From NCBI GenBank assembly GCA_965602015.1, contig OZ271918.1, positions 1,568,001 to 1,632,000 of the forward strand: a stretch of 64,000 nucleotides of DNA. Reading direction: 5' to 3'. Position numbers and translations under genes: made by a program. The notes beneath the pieces were generated by a model. The model had not been told where the DNA came from, did no database searches, and saw only the letters and a list, made by a program, of their open reading frames with translations. Each line of letters begins with the position of its first letter. Positions within the stretch are counted from its first letter, which is position 1. Positions 1 to 10,400 of this stretch are shown here, piece by piece. The DNA is from Salinispira sp. (GTDB lineage Bacteria; Spirochaetota; Spirochaetia; DSM-27196; Salinispiraceae).

Positions 1-1530
1 ACATATTTCCGGAAGGGCTCCGTTGAGATGCGATGAGTACAGTTTTTCACCACGGGCCCAGATCTTATCAATATCATCGGTAAGCAGGTTGCCCAAACTG
101 AAGTCCTTGTTTTTCCGTACGCTGTGGGGACTGCACGAAAAACACTCGCCATTGAGATCAATCAATAGATCGCGCTTAACATGCCAGCACTCGTGGCGTT
201 TCAAAGGTGAAAGGTCGGCCACCTGGCGGCCGGGAATAAGACCTCCGTGGTCCGAGTATTTTTGAATGATGAATTTAATGCCTTTATCCTTCCAGTGACG
301 GTGAAAGCGTAACAGGTGGTCTTCGTTTTCATTCATCCTCACCGCCTGGACATAGAGATGATCTCCAAAAACCGGAGCCGCCCAATCTATGAACTCCATG
401 GCTTCACGGAAGCCCGGTCCTCGCAAGCGCTCATACAGATCGGGATCGATGCTATCCAGGCTGACGATGAGTTCGAGACGCCCGGGTGGAAACGCCGACA
501 GGGCCTTCTTGCTCGCATCATTCCAGCCTATTCCAGAAGTCTCCATCAAAAATCGGCAGCCGGCAGGGGCGTCTGCGGCAGCCTTTAGTATTGATTCGAT
601 TTCCGGGTTGAGGAAAGGTTCGCCCCATACGGAGAGACTAATGACCGGGTCATCGACGAAGGCGCATATTTTATCGAGCATGGTTTCGAACTCATGAGTC
701 TTTACGTACCGCTGATCCGAGAGATGGCCGGGATTTGTCAGGGGATACGGACAGTAGGCGCAGCTTTGGGGGCAACGGGCGGTTATCTGCATTGCAAAAA
801 ACGCCGGCAGACTGCGATATGCTTCCTTTTTTTCCATGATGACATCGCACAGCTCCCGGGCCGATTGGTCGGGAGAAATAAATGCCTTGAGGGCCTCAAC
901 AATGCGGATATTTCTCTTTCGGTCCCGGAACAGCTCGAGGCGATACATCCTGAGGTCTTCAGGGGATACGGCGGTTTCCACATCCCAGGAATTTATAACC
1001 GGCTTTACCGATTCGAATATCCCGTTGCGCTGCAGCCCGGGCAGGTTTTCACCGGAGGCCAGAGATGAAATAAGCTCATTGCTGAGAATCTCCCCGGCAA
1101 TGCCTCCGGGGTAGCCCTCGGCAAACACATAGTCGCTGAAGTACTTCAGATGAAGATCGAGGACCTCGCTATTCACCTCATGGTTGAGAAAGGCACTATC
1201 GGCCCAAAAGTGGAAAATTCCACTCTCTCCGGGACGGTCAATCTCCGAGAGGCAGGATAGTATGGATCCCATACCATCCCCCGAGATTTGCAGCATTTCA
1301 ACCCGCAATTCAGAAACAGCAGCCTTTTCCACAAGTGCTCGCTTTATGTCGGCGGAGAACATCGAGCCGGGCTTGTGAAGGATGTAAATTGAACCGGAAA
1401 ACCACGCCGCCTTTTGTACAAAATTGCCGATAAAATCGACGGTTTCCCGGGGAAACTCCGGAGAAAAATCATGTGCCAATGTTACATTACAGCAAATCCC
1501 CAGGCTGATTTTTCCCGGTTCCAGTTCCAT
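1..1530 (-). CDS. Spiro-SPASM protein (radical SAM/SPASM, TIGR04321-like), 3'-truncated by the window edge
   Basis: Absent from the ORF track because there is no stop in the window. Manual minus-strand translation from ATG 1530 (GGAGG upstream) is open to base 1 and gives YFSDYVFAEGYPGG, WDVETAVSPEDLR, a CxxxCxxC motif (CPQSCAYC, ~750-775), SVWGEP, DLSPLKRHECWHVKRD and the start of the SPASM cysteines. Confidence 0.85.
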   Translation of the reverse strand, partial: MELEPGKISLGICCNVTLAHDFSPEFPRETVDFIGNFVQKAAWFSGSIYILHKPGSMFSADIKRALVEKAAVSELRVEMLQISGDGMGSILSCLSEIDRPGESGIFHFWADSAFLNHEVNSEVLDLHLKYFSDYVFAEGYPGGIAGEILSNELISSLASGENLPGLQRNGIFESVKPVINSWDVETAVSPEDLRMYRLELFRDRKRNIRIVEALKAFISPDQSARELCDVIMEKKEAYRSLPAFFAMQITARCPQSCAYCPYPLTNPGHLSDQRYVKTHEFETMLDKICAFVDDPVISLSVWGEPFLNPEIESILKAAADAPAGCRFLMETSGIGWNDASKKALSAFPPGRLELIVSLDSIDPDLYERLRGPGFREAMEFIDWAAPVFGDHLYVQAVRMNENEDHLLRFHRHWKDKGIKFIIQKYSDHGGLIPGRQVADLSPLKRHECWHVKRDLLIDLNGECFSCSPHSVRKNKDFSLGNLLTDDIDKIWARGEKLYSSHLNGALPEIC

Positions 1531-1584
1531 GTTCATCCTCCGATGCTATTGTCAGGCGGCTGCTCTCAGGGTATCTTAACCGCG

Positions 1585-2811
1585 ATGTCCGACCTTGTAC
1601 AACGTCCCTACAGTGTCAGCCAACTCACTCGCGAGATAAAACAGATGCTTGAGGGAGCCTATCCGCAGATATTTCTGGAAGGCGAGATAAGCAACTTCAA
1701 AGCCGCTTCGAGCGGACACTGGTATTTCAGCCTCAAGGACAGCGACGCCATCATCCAGGCGGTGATGTTTCGCAATTCCCAGAGAGGAATACCCCGGATG
1801 CCCGTCGACGGTCAGGTGGTGAGAGTCCGGGGCACGGTTTCGGTGTATCCCCAGCGGGGCAACTACCAGATAATCTGCAGCAGCCTCGAATACGGCGGTG
1901 AAGGTCAAATCCTTCAGGTGCTCGAGGAGCGCAAACGCCGACTGGCCTCCGAGGGGCTTTTTGATGAACGGCTCAAGCGCCCGCTGCCCCTGTTTCCCCG
2001 AAGCGTGGCGGTTCTCAGCGCAGAGACCGGCGCCGCCGTCCGGGATATTATCCGGGTTCTCAGGCGGCGGGCCCCATGGCTAATGGTGCGGGTGGTGAAC
2101 ATACCCGTACAAGGTGAACAGGCCCCCCCGCAGATCATCCGGGCACTCCAGACCGCTGACGAGCTCTCCCTGGGCGAGGTAATCATTCTCGGCCGGGGGG
2201 GCGGCAGTTTGGAAGACCTGCTGGCGTTCAGTGATGAAGCCCTGGTACGGGCGGTGAGACAGTACAGAGTGCCGGTAATTTCTGCCGTCGGCCACGAAAT
2301 AGATTGGGCCCTTACCGACTTTTCCGCCGACTTGCGGGCTCCCACGCCGAGCGCCGCTGCAGAGATGCTTTGCAGCAATGCCGATGAGCTCTATCAGCGA
2401 ATCATGGCAGCGGGAAAGACCATGGTTCACTCCTTTCTCGGTTTAAAGACCCGGCTGGAGCTGGCATTAAAGCCCTTCAAAAGCGAGATACTCTCGGACA
2501 GTTTTATCAGAATGCTCCAGCCTCATGCCCAGGCCATTGATGACCAGCGTGAGCGACTCACTACAGCCATGGAGGACTTCCTGATGCGCCGGCGCCAGCG
2601 TCTTGAACTGGCCAGACGGGAGCTGGAGGCCTGTAACCCCTTCGACGTGCTTAAGAGGGGCTACAGCATGGTTCGGGATCAGGAAGGACGGATCATCGCC
2701 AGTCGAAGCGAAGGGCTCAAACACCGGGACATCTCCCTCCACTTCCACGACGGGGTACTGGGGGCAAAAATAGACGAAAAACAGGCGACGGAGGCGAACA
2801 GTGAACGATAA
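1585..2811 (+). CDS. xseA: Exodeoxyribonuclease VII large subunit
   Basis: Motifs YSVSQLT, GEISNF, SGHWYFSLKD, RGGGSLEDL, SAVGHEID, APTPSAAAE, LKRGYS. Start moved from 1414 to ATG 1585 because the longer version overlaps the divergent spiro-SPASM gene. Confidence 0.95.
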   Translation: MSDLVQRPYSVSQLTREIKQMLEGAYPQIFLEGEISNFKAASSGHWYFSLKDSDAIIQAVMFRNSQRGIPRMPVDGQVVRVRGTVSVYPQRGNYQIICSSLEYGGEGQILQVLEERKRRLASEGLFDERLKRPLPLFPRSVAVLSAETGAAVRDIIRVLRRRAPWLMVRVVNIPVQGEQAPPQIIRALQTADELSLGEVIILGRGGGSLEDLLAFSDEALVRAVRQYRVPVISAVGHEIDWALTDFSADLRAPTPSAAAEMLCSNADELYQRIMAAGKTMVHSFLGLKTRLELALKPFKSEILSDSFIRMLQPHAQAIDDQRERLTTAMEDFLMRRRQRLELARRELEACNPFDVLKRGYSMVRDQEGRIIASRSEGLKHRDISLHFHDGVLGAKIDEKQATEANSER

Positions 2812-3073
2812 AAATCAGGCAAAAAGCGGCGAAGAGAGCTTTGAGGTTCGCCTACGACGGCTTGAAGAAATAAGCGAGAAAATCCGCAGCGGCCAGGTGG
2901 AACTGGGCGAGGCGACGGAGCTCTTCGAAGAGGGCATATCGCTTGCCCGGAGCCTGGAGAAGGAACTCAACTCCGTCGAAGGACGAATAGAAAAACTGGT
3001 TTCCTCGCCATCAGCCCCGGGAGAAAAGCCCGTGCTGGAACTCTTTCCAGAACTCGATACCTCAGGGCAATAA
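2801..3073 (+). CDS. xseB: Exodeoxyribonuclease VII small subunit
   Basis: SFE..L.RLEEI..I.SG...L.EA..LFEEG pattern; overlaps the xseA end. Confidence 0.92.
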   Translation: MNDKNQAKSGEESFEVRLRRLEEISEKIRSGQVELGEATELFEEGISLARSLEKELNSVEGRIEKLVSSPSAPGEKPVLELFPELDTSGQ

Positions 3074-3133
3074 TTCCGATGGATAAGAGCCTTGAGAAAA
3101 ACTCATGGCAAAACTATATGCCGGCTGTGGTAA

Positions 3134-3583
3134 TTACTCGGTTCCGGGCACCGTACTGAGGTCCAGGCGGTCCCCTTCAAAAACACCGTGGCGCTCAAAA
3201 GCCCCGCGGTTAAGCTCCAGGGCGTACTTTGCCGGACGGCTTGAGGGCACCGATGATTCATCAAGGGCATACATATCGAGGATATCGATTATCCGCCACT
3301 GTTCATCAATATACGCAATGCTCAAATCTATGTAGGTGTTCTTCATCCAAAACGACCTGAAATCACTGTCTTCGAAAATAAAAAGCATGCCGCGGTCGCT
3401 TTCCAAGGTTCGGCGGTACATAAGCCCCTGCTGGCGTTCGGCGGGGCTGTCGGCCACTTCGACCAGGAACAGCTGATCGCCGATTTGCAGCGGAAAAAGG
3501 TCAGCCTGGGCATTTTGACAAGAGACAAAAAAGAGCGGTATGACAGTCATATAGATCAGCCGGCGGGATATCATGGTCTTCAT
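3134..3583 (-). CDS. DUF192 family protein, probable lipoprotein
   Basis: VEVAD, GLMYR, GMLFIF, FWMKNT, YALELN motifs; N-terminal hydrophobic stretch ending FVSC. Confidence 0.85.
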   Translation of the reverse strand: MKTMISRRLIYMTVIPLFFVSCQNAQADLFPLQIGDQLFLVEVADSPAERQQGLMYRRTLESDRGMLFIFEDSDFRSFWMKNTYIDLSIAYIDEQWRIIDILDMYALDESSVPSSRPAKYALELNRGAFERHGVFEGDRLDLSTVPGTE

Positions 3584-3621
3584 CGGGACGAGTATATCAA
3601 TACCGGCGGAGTAATTTCCAG

Positions 3622-4242
3622 CTAAAAATTGTCGAGAAAAAGTTCCCGGGAAATATCTAAAAGGCTCTCTTGGGCTGCGCCTGCCTCCCGGATCTCGTTG
3701 AACACATCCATGCTGATGTATTTGACGGTAACCGGTTTTTCCAATGTCATTCTCACGCCGTCCTGTTCCCAGTAACTGAGCTCGGGATCCAGGTAGTCCG
3801 GCTCGCCGTACTTCGACACCAGATCCCGGTACATGGTGAAATAATCCATTTGCCGAGGATCGATTTCCAGGGTGATGGAATAGAGCCTGTCATCGCGGAA
3901 CTGAAATGTTCCGGATTCCATCATGCCCGTGCCGCCGCTGTTGATGATCGGCTGGTTATCAAACGGTCTCATTGAAATATCCGGATCTCCCCGGTAGGTA
4001 AACATCGCTTCGGCGGCAAGGAGGGTTTTCGCCTCCTCAAGACTGGTGCCGAGGCTCAGGGATAAAAAACCCCGGGGCAGAGGCCGGTTCCCCGGGGAAT
4101 CGGCCCGGGAAATCTCGGTTACTGATGGGTCCGCTGGTAGCGATTCCGGCAGGGCCGCCCCGCTATCCTGGGCGCAGACAATCGTCGGCAGGTAAATGAG
4201 GAGAATAAAAAGTCCTGTTGCACGCGGCGCAAGGCGCTTCAT
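3622..4242 (-). CDS. Hypothetical exported protein
   Basis: 206-aa ORF with a signal-peptide-like N-terminus, co-oriented with 19-39 bp gaps to its neighbours. Confidence 0.7.
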   Translation of the reverse strand: MKRLAPRATGLFILLIYLPTIVCAQDSGAALPESLPADPSVTEISRADSPGNRPLPRGFLSLSLGTSLEEAKTLLAAEAMFTYRGDPDISMRPFDNQPIINSGGTGMMESGTFQFRDDRLYSITLEIDPRQMDYFTMYRDLVSKYGEPDYLDPELSYWEQDGVRMTLEKPVTVKYISMDVFNEIREAGAAQESLLDISRELFLDNF

Positions 4243-4260
4243 AACGTCGTTCCGATGATC

Positions 4261-4782
4261 CTATTGTCTGGACAGGGCGATGCTGAGCGCCGTGGTAAGT
4301 TTTAACACGTCTTCGTTGCCCTTACGCACGTTGCGGCTCATTACCTGGGATATCCGTTTGAGCATTTTTAAGCCGATGGCCGGATACTGCTCGCAGAGCT
4401 GTTCAAAATCAGCTTTTTTTATTTCCAGCAGGAGACAATCCGTCGATGCGGTTACATTGGCGCTCCGAGGCGACTCATCGATCATCGCCATTTCTCCGAA
4501 AAACGAAACGATGTTGGAATCCAGTTTAACCATGGATTTTTCGACATTCTCAAAGCCCTTGGTGGCTACCTTCAATGTGAGGTTTTTCGTAATGTCCACG
4601 ACGCCCCGGACAAAAAAGTACATGGTGTCGCCGACGCTTCCCTCCTCCATCAGAACGGTGCCCGCATCGGCTTCTACTCTATTGGTCATGGAAACGACTT
4701 TTTTTAATTCCTCTTCATCCAGATCTTTCAGAATATTGATTTTTTTTAACGCGGCGAATTCATTTTTACTGACCGTACTCAT
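4261..4782 (-). CDS. Stand-alone cyclic-nucleotide-binding domain protein
   Basis: EEG..GD.MYF...G.V and phosphate-binding cassette FFGEMAMIDESPRSANV; no C-terminal HTH. Confidence 0.88.
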   Translation of the reverse strand: MSTVSKNEFAALKKINILKDLDEEELKKVVSMTNRVEADAGTVLMEEGSVGDTMYFFVRGVVDITKNLTLKVATKGFENVEKSMVKLDSNIVSFFGEMAMIDESPRSANVTASTDCLLLEIKKADFEQLCEQYPAIGLKMLKRISQVMSRNVRKGNEDVLKLTTALSIALSRQ

Positions 4783-5984
4783 AAAAGCCCTCCGATGACA
4801 AAGGCAGAATCTCCGGCTTTTATGCTGTATCCGCCGCCGGGATTGAGATTGATGCTCAGGTTCACATCCTGCTCTTCCTCGAGGTTGATTTCGGCCTCGA
4901 GAAATTTCCTCTTAATAAAGGCATCAATGCCCGAAGAGTCCTCGCTCAGGATGTCTACAAGTCCGATGGATTTTTCCTCACTGAGAATACCGATGCAAAT
5001 ACCCTTGTCACCCTCCATCATGGCGAGGGCATACTCTTTGAAGCTGCGCCCGACAAAATCATCGGGGATGGCTTTTATATGCAGCCGGTTCGGACTGTCT
5101 GGGGATAGCATGGTTTTGAGCAAGTCAGGAATACCGTGAATTGCCGTGGAATTAGTGAGCAGATGCCGGATAATCTCGTCGCCGAAGATGATTTCATCGA
5201 CTTGAGCGCGCTGGAGGTGGGTAGCGTTCTGGTCGTGGACAATTTGCGCCGTGAGGTGAACATCCTGATTGATGCTTTTCACCGCCAGGGCGGACAGGAT
5301 GGTCTTGTCATCGGCCGCCAAAAACGATTTCCCCCCCGATTCATCCGGTACGATAATGCAAGCCCGGGCTGCAGCCAGATTACCCCGCTTGAGCACCAGT
5401 TCATTGGCGATATCGCCCCTGACGAATTTTACCTCGAGATCGGGAAATCCCACGCGAATTTCATCAAAGGCTTCGGGAGTCATCTCGCTAATAAGCGCCA
5501 GACGGAAATCATCCTCCGGGTATCGGGAAATAAGGGATTCTATTAAACCCTTGCAATACCTATTCCATCCCGCCAGTACGATGTGATTCTTATACGTGAT
5601 ATCCTGCAAACCCTTACCCTCCCGAATTTTCCGCTCGACATAGATAGATGCGATTGTCCCCGACAAAATGCTGGCAATGACCATTCCGCTGAGCATCATA
5701 AGAACGGCCAGAAGCCTGGCCGGCATGGATTCGGGAAAGAAGTCGCCATATCCCACAGTGGTCAGGGTGACCATTCCCCACCACAAGGCATCCAGGGGTG
5801 AGGAAAAATTCCCGGCCTCCATCAAACTTTCAATGAGATAGGTGATCAGGCCGCCGAAAATTACCACCGCAAAAAAGACCAGAAGGAGGCTAAAAAGGCG
5901 CTCCCGGCGGAAGTCGGAAAAAAGGCCTCTGAGCGTCGTGAAAAAGGCTTTGATATCTATCAATCGCTTGCGATTTCCCGGCAT
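4779..5984 (-). CDS. Two-TM potassium channel with RCK/TrkA-type C-terminal domain
   Basis: Pore helix and filter WWGMVTLTTVGYGD flanked by two TM helices, then NHIVLAGWN...FVRGD Rossmann-like RCK region. Confidence 0.9.
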   Translation of the reverse strand: MPGNRKRLIDIKAFFTTLRGLFSDFRRERLFSLLLVFFAVVIFGGLITYLIESLMEAGNFSSPLDALWWGMVTLTTVGYGDFFPESMPARLLAVLMMLSGMVIASILSGTIASIYVERKIREGKGLQDITYKNHIVLAGWNRYCKGLIESLISRYPEDDFRLALISEMTPEAFDEIRVGFPDLEVKFVRGDIANELVLKRGNLAAARACIIVPDESGGKSFLAADDKTILSALAVKSINQDVHLTAQIVHDQNATHLQRAQVDEIIFGDEIIRHLLTNSTAIHGIPDLLKTMLSPDSPNRLHIKAIPDDFVGRSFKEYALAMMEGDKGICIGILSEEKSIGLVDILSEDSSGIDAFIKRKFLEAEINLEEEQDVNLSINLNPGGGYSIKAGDSAFVIGGLL

Positions 5985-5996
5985 ATCTCCGTCCGA

Positions 5997-6347
5997 TTAC
6001 CTGGTGACCAGGTAAATTATCACCATGGCGATAAACGCCATAAAAAACACCACGCCGACCAGCGCGAAGATCCAATCAGGAATGGGGCTTGAAGATTTTT
6101 TCATGTAGCTGGGCTGGCGCCGGGAAGACGAACTGCCAATGTTCACATCTTCATATACCGGCTCCACCTTTCCCGCGCCGGAATACCCGCATTGGGGGCA
6201 TCCGAGGGCAAAATGATCAGCGGGCCCCTGATAATCGCACTCCGGGCATCTCACCTGGGAAAAAAACTTTCCGCAATGAGGACAGACCTTATCACGGGCC
6301 TTCACCTCCTTGCCGCAATGTTCGCAGAAAAAATGCACCTTCGCCAT
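5997..6347 (-). CDS. Double zinc-ribbon protein with C-terminal TM anchor
   Basis: Four CxxC motifs (CEHC, CPHC, CPEC, CPQC) and a hydrophobic C-terminal helix; TAATG overlap with the upstream gene. Confidence 0.8.
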   Translation of the reverse strand: MAKVHFFCEHCGKEVKARDKVCPHCGKFFSQVRCPECDYQGPADHFALGCPQCGYSGAGKVEPVYEDVNIGSSSSRRQPSYMKKSSSPIPDWIFALVGVVFFMAFIAMVIIYLVTR

Positions 6348-7366
6348 TAAAAACCCTCACTGTTTGAAAATAGGTTTCGGATAGGGAGATTACCATAGAG
6401 AAACTCTTCGTATATTTCCCCGTCGGTGAAGCCCGTCGAAATGTCGAAACTCCCGTCTCTCAAACCCTGCAACGCCTGCTGAATTTCAAGGGGTAGGAAC
6501 TCCCTGTGTATCTGGAACTCGAGAACAAAATCTCCCCGATGGAAGTTTCCGACTACTTCCGCCTGTTCCTCACGGGTCCAGAGCAGCACCTGTCCTTTTT
6601 CACCGAGAACGGGAATTTCTATGGCGTAGAGGTTTCGCGCAGAGTCGCTGCGTTCCACATAGAAATACATCAGCACGCTCAAGCCTTCCTGAAATTCCTG
6701 GAAGGCGGTAAGCATTCCGTAAAACATCCGCTCATCCAGTGCGAGCCTCAGGCGGTCAAGGGAAGTGCCTCCCCTGCCCCAATATACCGAATCATCGAGG
6801 GCGATGATAGCCGAGGTATCGCTGCTTTCCCGGCGAATACGTCGGGGTGTAAAATCCCTGGCAAATCGCAAGGCGTCATCCGCCTGAAGCCAGTCGAGAA
6901 TCCTCCCGTCGACCTGGTAACGGCCTCTGGCCGGCAGGTCCTCTTCGACCCCGCTGAATCCGAGGAATGCGCCGCCGGCCCCCCTCATAAGATCGCTATC
7001 CCGCAAGGCAAAATAAGAGCCCCCGGAGCCCGAAGGAATGCGAATAATAAACAAGGGGTGGATGAGCTCGCCGGTGAGAAACACATAGCCGAACACAGCA
7101 GTGTCCTGACGATACACCGGCAGACTGGAATAGACGCCTCCCGAGGGAACGGCCACAATGCGGTCGGCATACTGGCGAATGAGATTCTTCAGAGCGTTCG
7201 GAGACTGCCGCAGTTCGGCAAATTCCCGGCTGTCGGTTGGCAGGCTGATTACGAAGGCCGTGCCGCTGCTCTGATTTGAAAATCCCACCGCAGCGCTTTG
7301 AGCTGCAGCCGCAGTGCAAAGAGCAAAGAGCGCGGTAAATATCAGTACTGTTTTTCGCTTTCCCAT
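6347..7366 (-). CDS. Hypothetical exported protein
   Basis: Signal peptide MGKRKTVLIFTALFALCTAAAA from ATG 7366; no family recognised. Confidence 0.7.
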   Translation of the reverse strand: MGKRKTVLIFTALFALCTAAAAQSAAVGFSNQSSGTAFVISLPTDSREFAELRQSPNALKNLIRQYADRIVAVPSGGVYSSLPVYRQDTAVFGYVFLTGELIHPLFIIRIPSGSGGSYFALRDSDLMRGAGGAFLGFSGVEEDLPARGRYQVDGRILDWLQADDALRFARDFTPRRIRRESSDTSAIIALDDSVYWGRGGTSLDRLRLALDERMFYGMLTAFQEFQEGLSVLMYFYVERSDSARNLYAIEIPVLGEKGQVLLWTREEQAEVVGNFHRGDFVLEFQIHREFLPLEIQQALQGLRDGSFDISTGFTDGEIYEEFLYGNLPIRNLFSNSEGF

Positions 7367-7439
7367 AGTCCCACCATCCATATTACTACAATATTCGGCA
7401 GATTGCGCCGCAGACCTGTGCCTCAAGTTCGCTGCCGCC

Positions 7440-10400
7440 TCATTTCTTTTCCACCGCGAGGATGGTCAGGTCGTCATACTGGGAATCCTCATAAATGTGG
7501 CTGTATCGCCGGTACAGGCTTTTTTCATTTTCCGGGAGGGGGTTGGAAAAATATACCCGGTACTGCAGAAAATGCTCCTTGAGAAAGTCGTCAATTTTTT
7601 TATCAATTGAAATCCGGTCCTCACGGGTGAGGTTCGGCATGGGAACCAACCGGTACACCTTCTCGACGGACATTAGCGCCAGGATGAGATTTGGCAGAGT
7701 GGATTCCAGATTGGAGAAGTCAAAGGTCAGCTCTTCATCGCCGGCGGGATTGCGGAACTTTTTTAGTTCGTAAACCTTGCGGCTCATAACAGATTCGACA
7801 ACCTCGATAATCCGGGGAACCGAAAAGGACTCGCCTAGCCCTCCCTCGTCCTCTCCGAGAATTATCGGGGCCATTTCGTCTTCCAGGGCCTGTTTGGCGT
7901 CCTTCATGCGTTTGCGCTCTTCATCGTCGGCGTCGGGTACCGCTTCGAATTCTTCCTTCCGGTACACCGTCCAGTCGTCGTGGCGCAGATAGCGCCGCCC
8001 TTCATCAATTCCGTCGGTAAAAAGGAGCAGGATATCTCCCTTCTCTATCCGCGCGGTGTCCACCGGAAAAGTGATGGGCATTCCCACCAGCTCCTCATGC
8101 ATTGCACCAGCCGCCGGCGTCCGGGGCAGCTCGATGGTGACTACCTTGCGTTCCTTGCGGCGGTACATGTGGACCAGATTGTCACCGGCGTTGCAAAAGG
8201 CCAGTTCGCCGGTGCGTTCGTTCAGGGTGAGCATATTAAATGCGGCGAATTTCCCTTTGAACTGCCGACGGTAAATAATATCGTTGATGCTGTCGGCCAG
8301 AGAGGAGAGCTCGCGCCGGTAACCCGTGCCCTTGCTCTTGTTTTTTTTGCGGAATTCCTCGGACCATCCCTCAAACTGCCGCAGGAAGAGCGAGGCGACG
8401 GTAACCATTATCAGCGCCGCTTCAATATCCTTGCCCGAAACGTCGCATTTGATCATGGCAAAATGCTCGTCGTCGATGCGGTCGTAATAAAAGTAGTCAC
8501 CGGAGACGCCCTTGGCGCCCTCATAGTACCCGTAGAACTCCAGCTGGTCTGAAGAGCTTGTGTCCTGCCGGAAGGTCGCCTTGGTTTTGTCGTCATGGGG
8601 GTTGGGGTCGAGGGTAATGTACATCTTCTGCACGTCCTTACCCATCATTACCGACTTGTTCGCCTTTTCAGCGGCGATGAGCCCGTCGGTCATCTGATTA
8701 ATGGTTTCCGACAGGAAGTGGAGTTCATCCTTAGTGTTGATCTCAATGGGTTTGCCCTTGAGGTCCTCCTTAACCTCCGTATCTCGTATCAGCTCAACCC
8801 CGGCTACCAGTTTGCGGATCGGGTTCACCGTTATGGATGCCAAAAGCAGGGCTCCTGCCACCCCGGCAGCAATAGCGACCGCTGCAAAAATCGAGATTTG
8901 GATGATGATGGTCCTGGTGGTACTGGCGATTTGATTGTTTATCAACCGGGTCGAAACTCCCAGCCGCACGCTTCCCTGGTAACTGCTGCTGAAATCAGCT
9001 TCGTACCAGTATACGGGGAAACTGAAGAGATAGTCTGACACGCCGGTATCGTAGTTTTGCACAGAGTACTCGGGGGAAGAGTTGATTGAAATACCCTCAG
9101 CCAGCTTTTCATCCAGGCGGTTGCGGAGGATGCTTATCTGATCCTCGATTTCCTGCAGCTCCTGGCTGGTAGTGGCGCTGCTTCGCTGCTCATCGGCCTG
9201 AACCACCTGCTGCTGGATTTGCCGATACTCATCATCGGAGGCCAGAGCGTTAAAACGGGCGATATCGCTCCCCTCGGCGGGCTGATTACCGGCTCCCTGA
9301 ATCAACTCTCTCAGGGGATCGCGAATCTGAACCTGGGCAGTACGGACCAGTTGGCTCCGGGGGTCGTCATAGCGCCGGAAAAACATCGGAAGATCTCCGC
9401 CGCCGCTTCGCACGGCCGCCGCCGGATCTTCCGGCAATTCGGAGAGCGCACCGGACAGATAATCTGCTATCTGCTGATCGTTGGCGAAAAGCATCGGGTC
9501 GGTGGTGACCCAGATATACTCCCTGCCGGCGGGATCGAGCTCGTACTGTTGATCATCAATTACCGCGAGAGTTCCCGCAGGACCGGAGGTAATGGTGACG
9601 AAGTCGATTTCCTCCAGGGCAGCCACCTGATTAGTCAAAGCTCTCAAATCCCGGGCCTTTTGGAATACCAGGTCATCTGATTCCAGAATATCAGCGGCAC
9701 CGATTGAAAGACTCTGGAGGGTCAACTCCACCTTATCATACAATCCCTGGGCGAGAATTTGCTGCTGGTTGGAGAGGATGAAATTACTCAGAGGCAGCGA
9801 AATGACCGCGACAACTGCCAATACGAGGATGAGCATAAATATGGTGAACTTTGCCCTGAGGCCCATTCCCTGTCTTTGCATAGTTCTTACCTTCTCCTCA
9901 AGTTGTTGTAAGGTCATCGGACCCGCGTCTCCGCTGACCAGCGCAGCGACCTCCGCCTGGATGACCCGGTTGTCCCGGACAACTCCCCGGATCCGCAGCA
10001 GCGTGACAACGATGATAAAAATCAAAAGCGGTGTAATCAGCATGATGCTGATATCGAGTACGGAAAAGCTCAATTGCCCGTCATTTATCAGGCTGACTTC
10101 CGGAGGCGTGAAGATATCGAAATCACCGAGCTTGATGGCCCCGTTAGCATCCAGACTGAGACGGCTTGCATGGCGGTAGAGTCCCCGCTCGCTGTGATCC
10201 AGAATGAGCTGATAATCCCCGCTGGCAAAGCCGCCAAGTGTTATGTCCTCAATGACTCGGTCGGAAACCAGCCGGTAGTCGCCGGAAGCGCTGTTTAAAA
10301 CATAGTCCCAGGGCTCCCGACCGTCTCGGTCAAAAATAATCCGGTTTATGAGCCCGTTTGCCGTAAAGCCCCTCCCCGCGAAGCGAAAAACCAAGTCGCC

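Noticed and set aside
23..1378. Six short plus-strand ORFs at the left end
   Set aside because: Explained as shadows of the minus-strand spiro-SPASM frame.
1414..1584. N-terminal extensions in the ORF track (xseA; also recQ, ROK, ABC ATPase, tetR, trmB, THUMP methyltransferase)
   Set aside because: They overlap neighbouring genes or promoters and lie before the family-typical N-termini; downstream starts have better RBS or overlap support.
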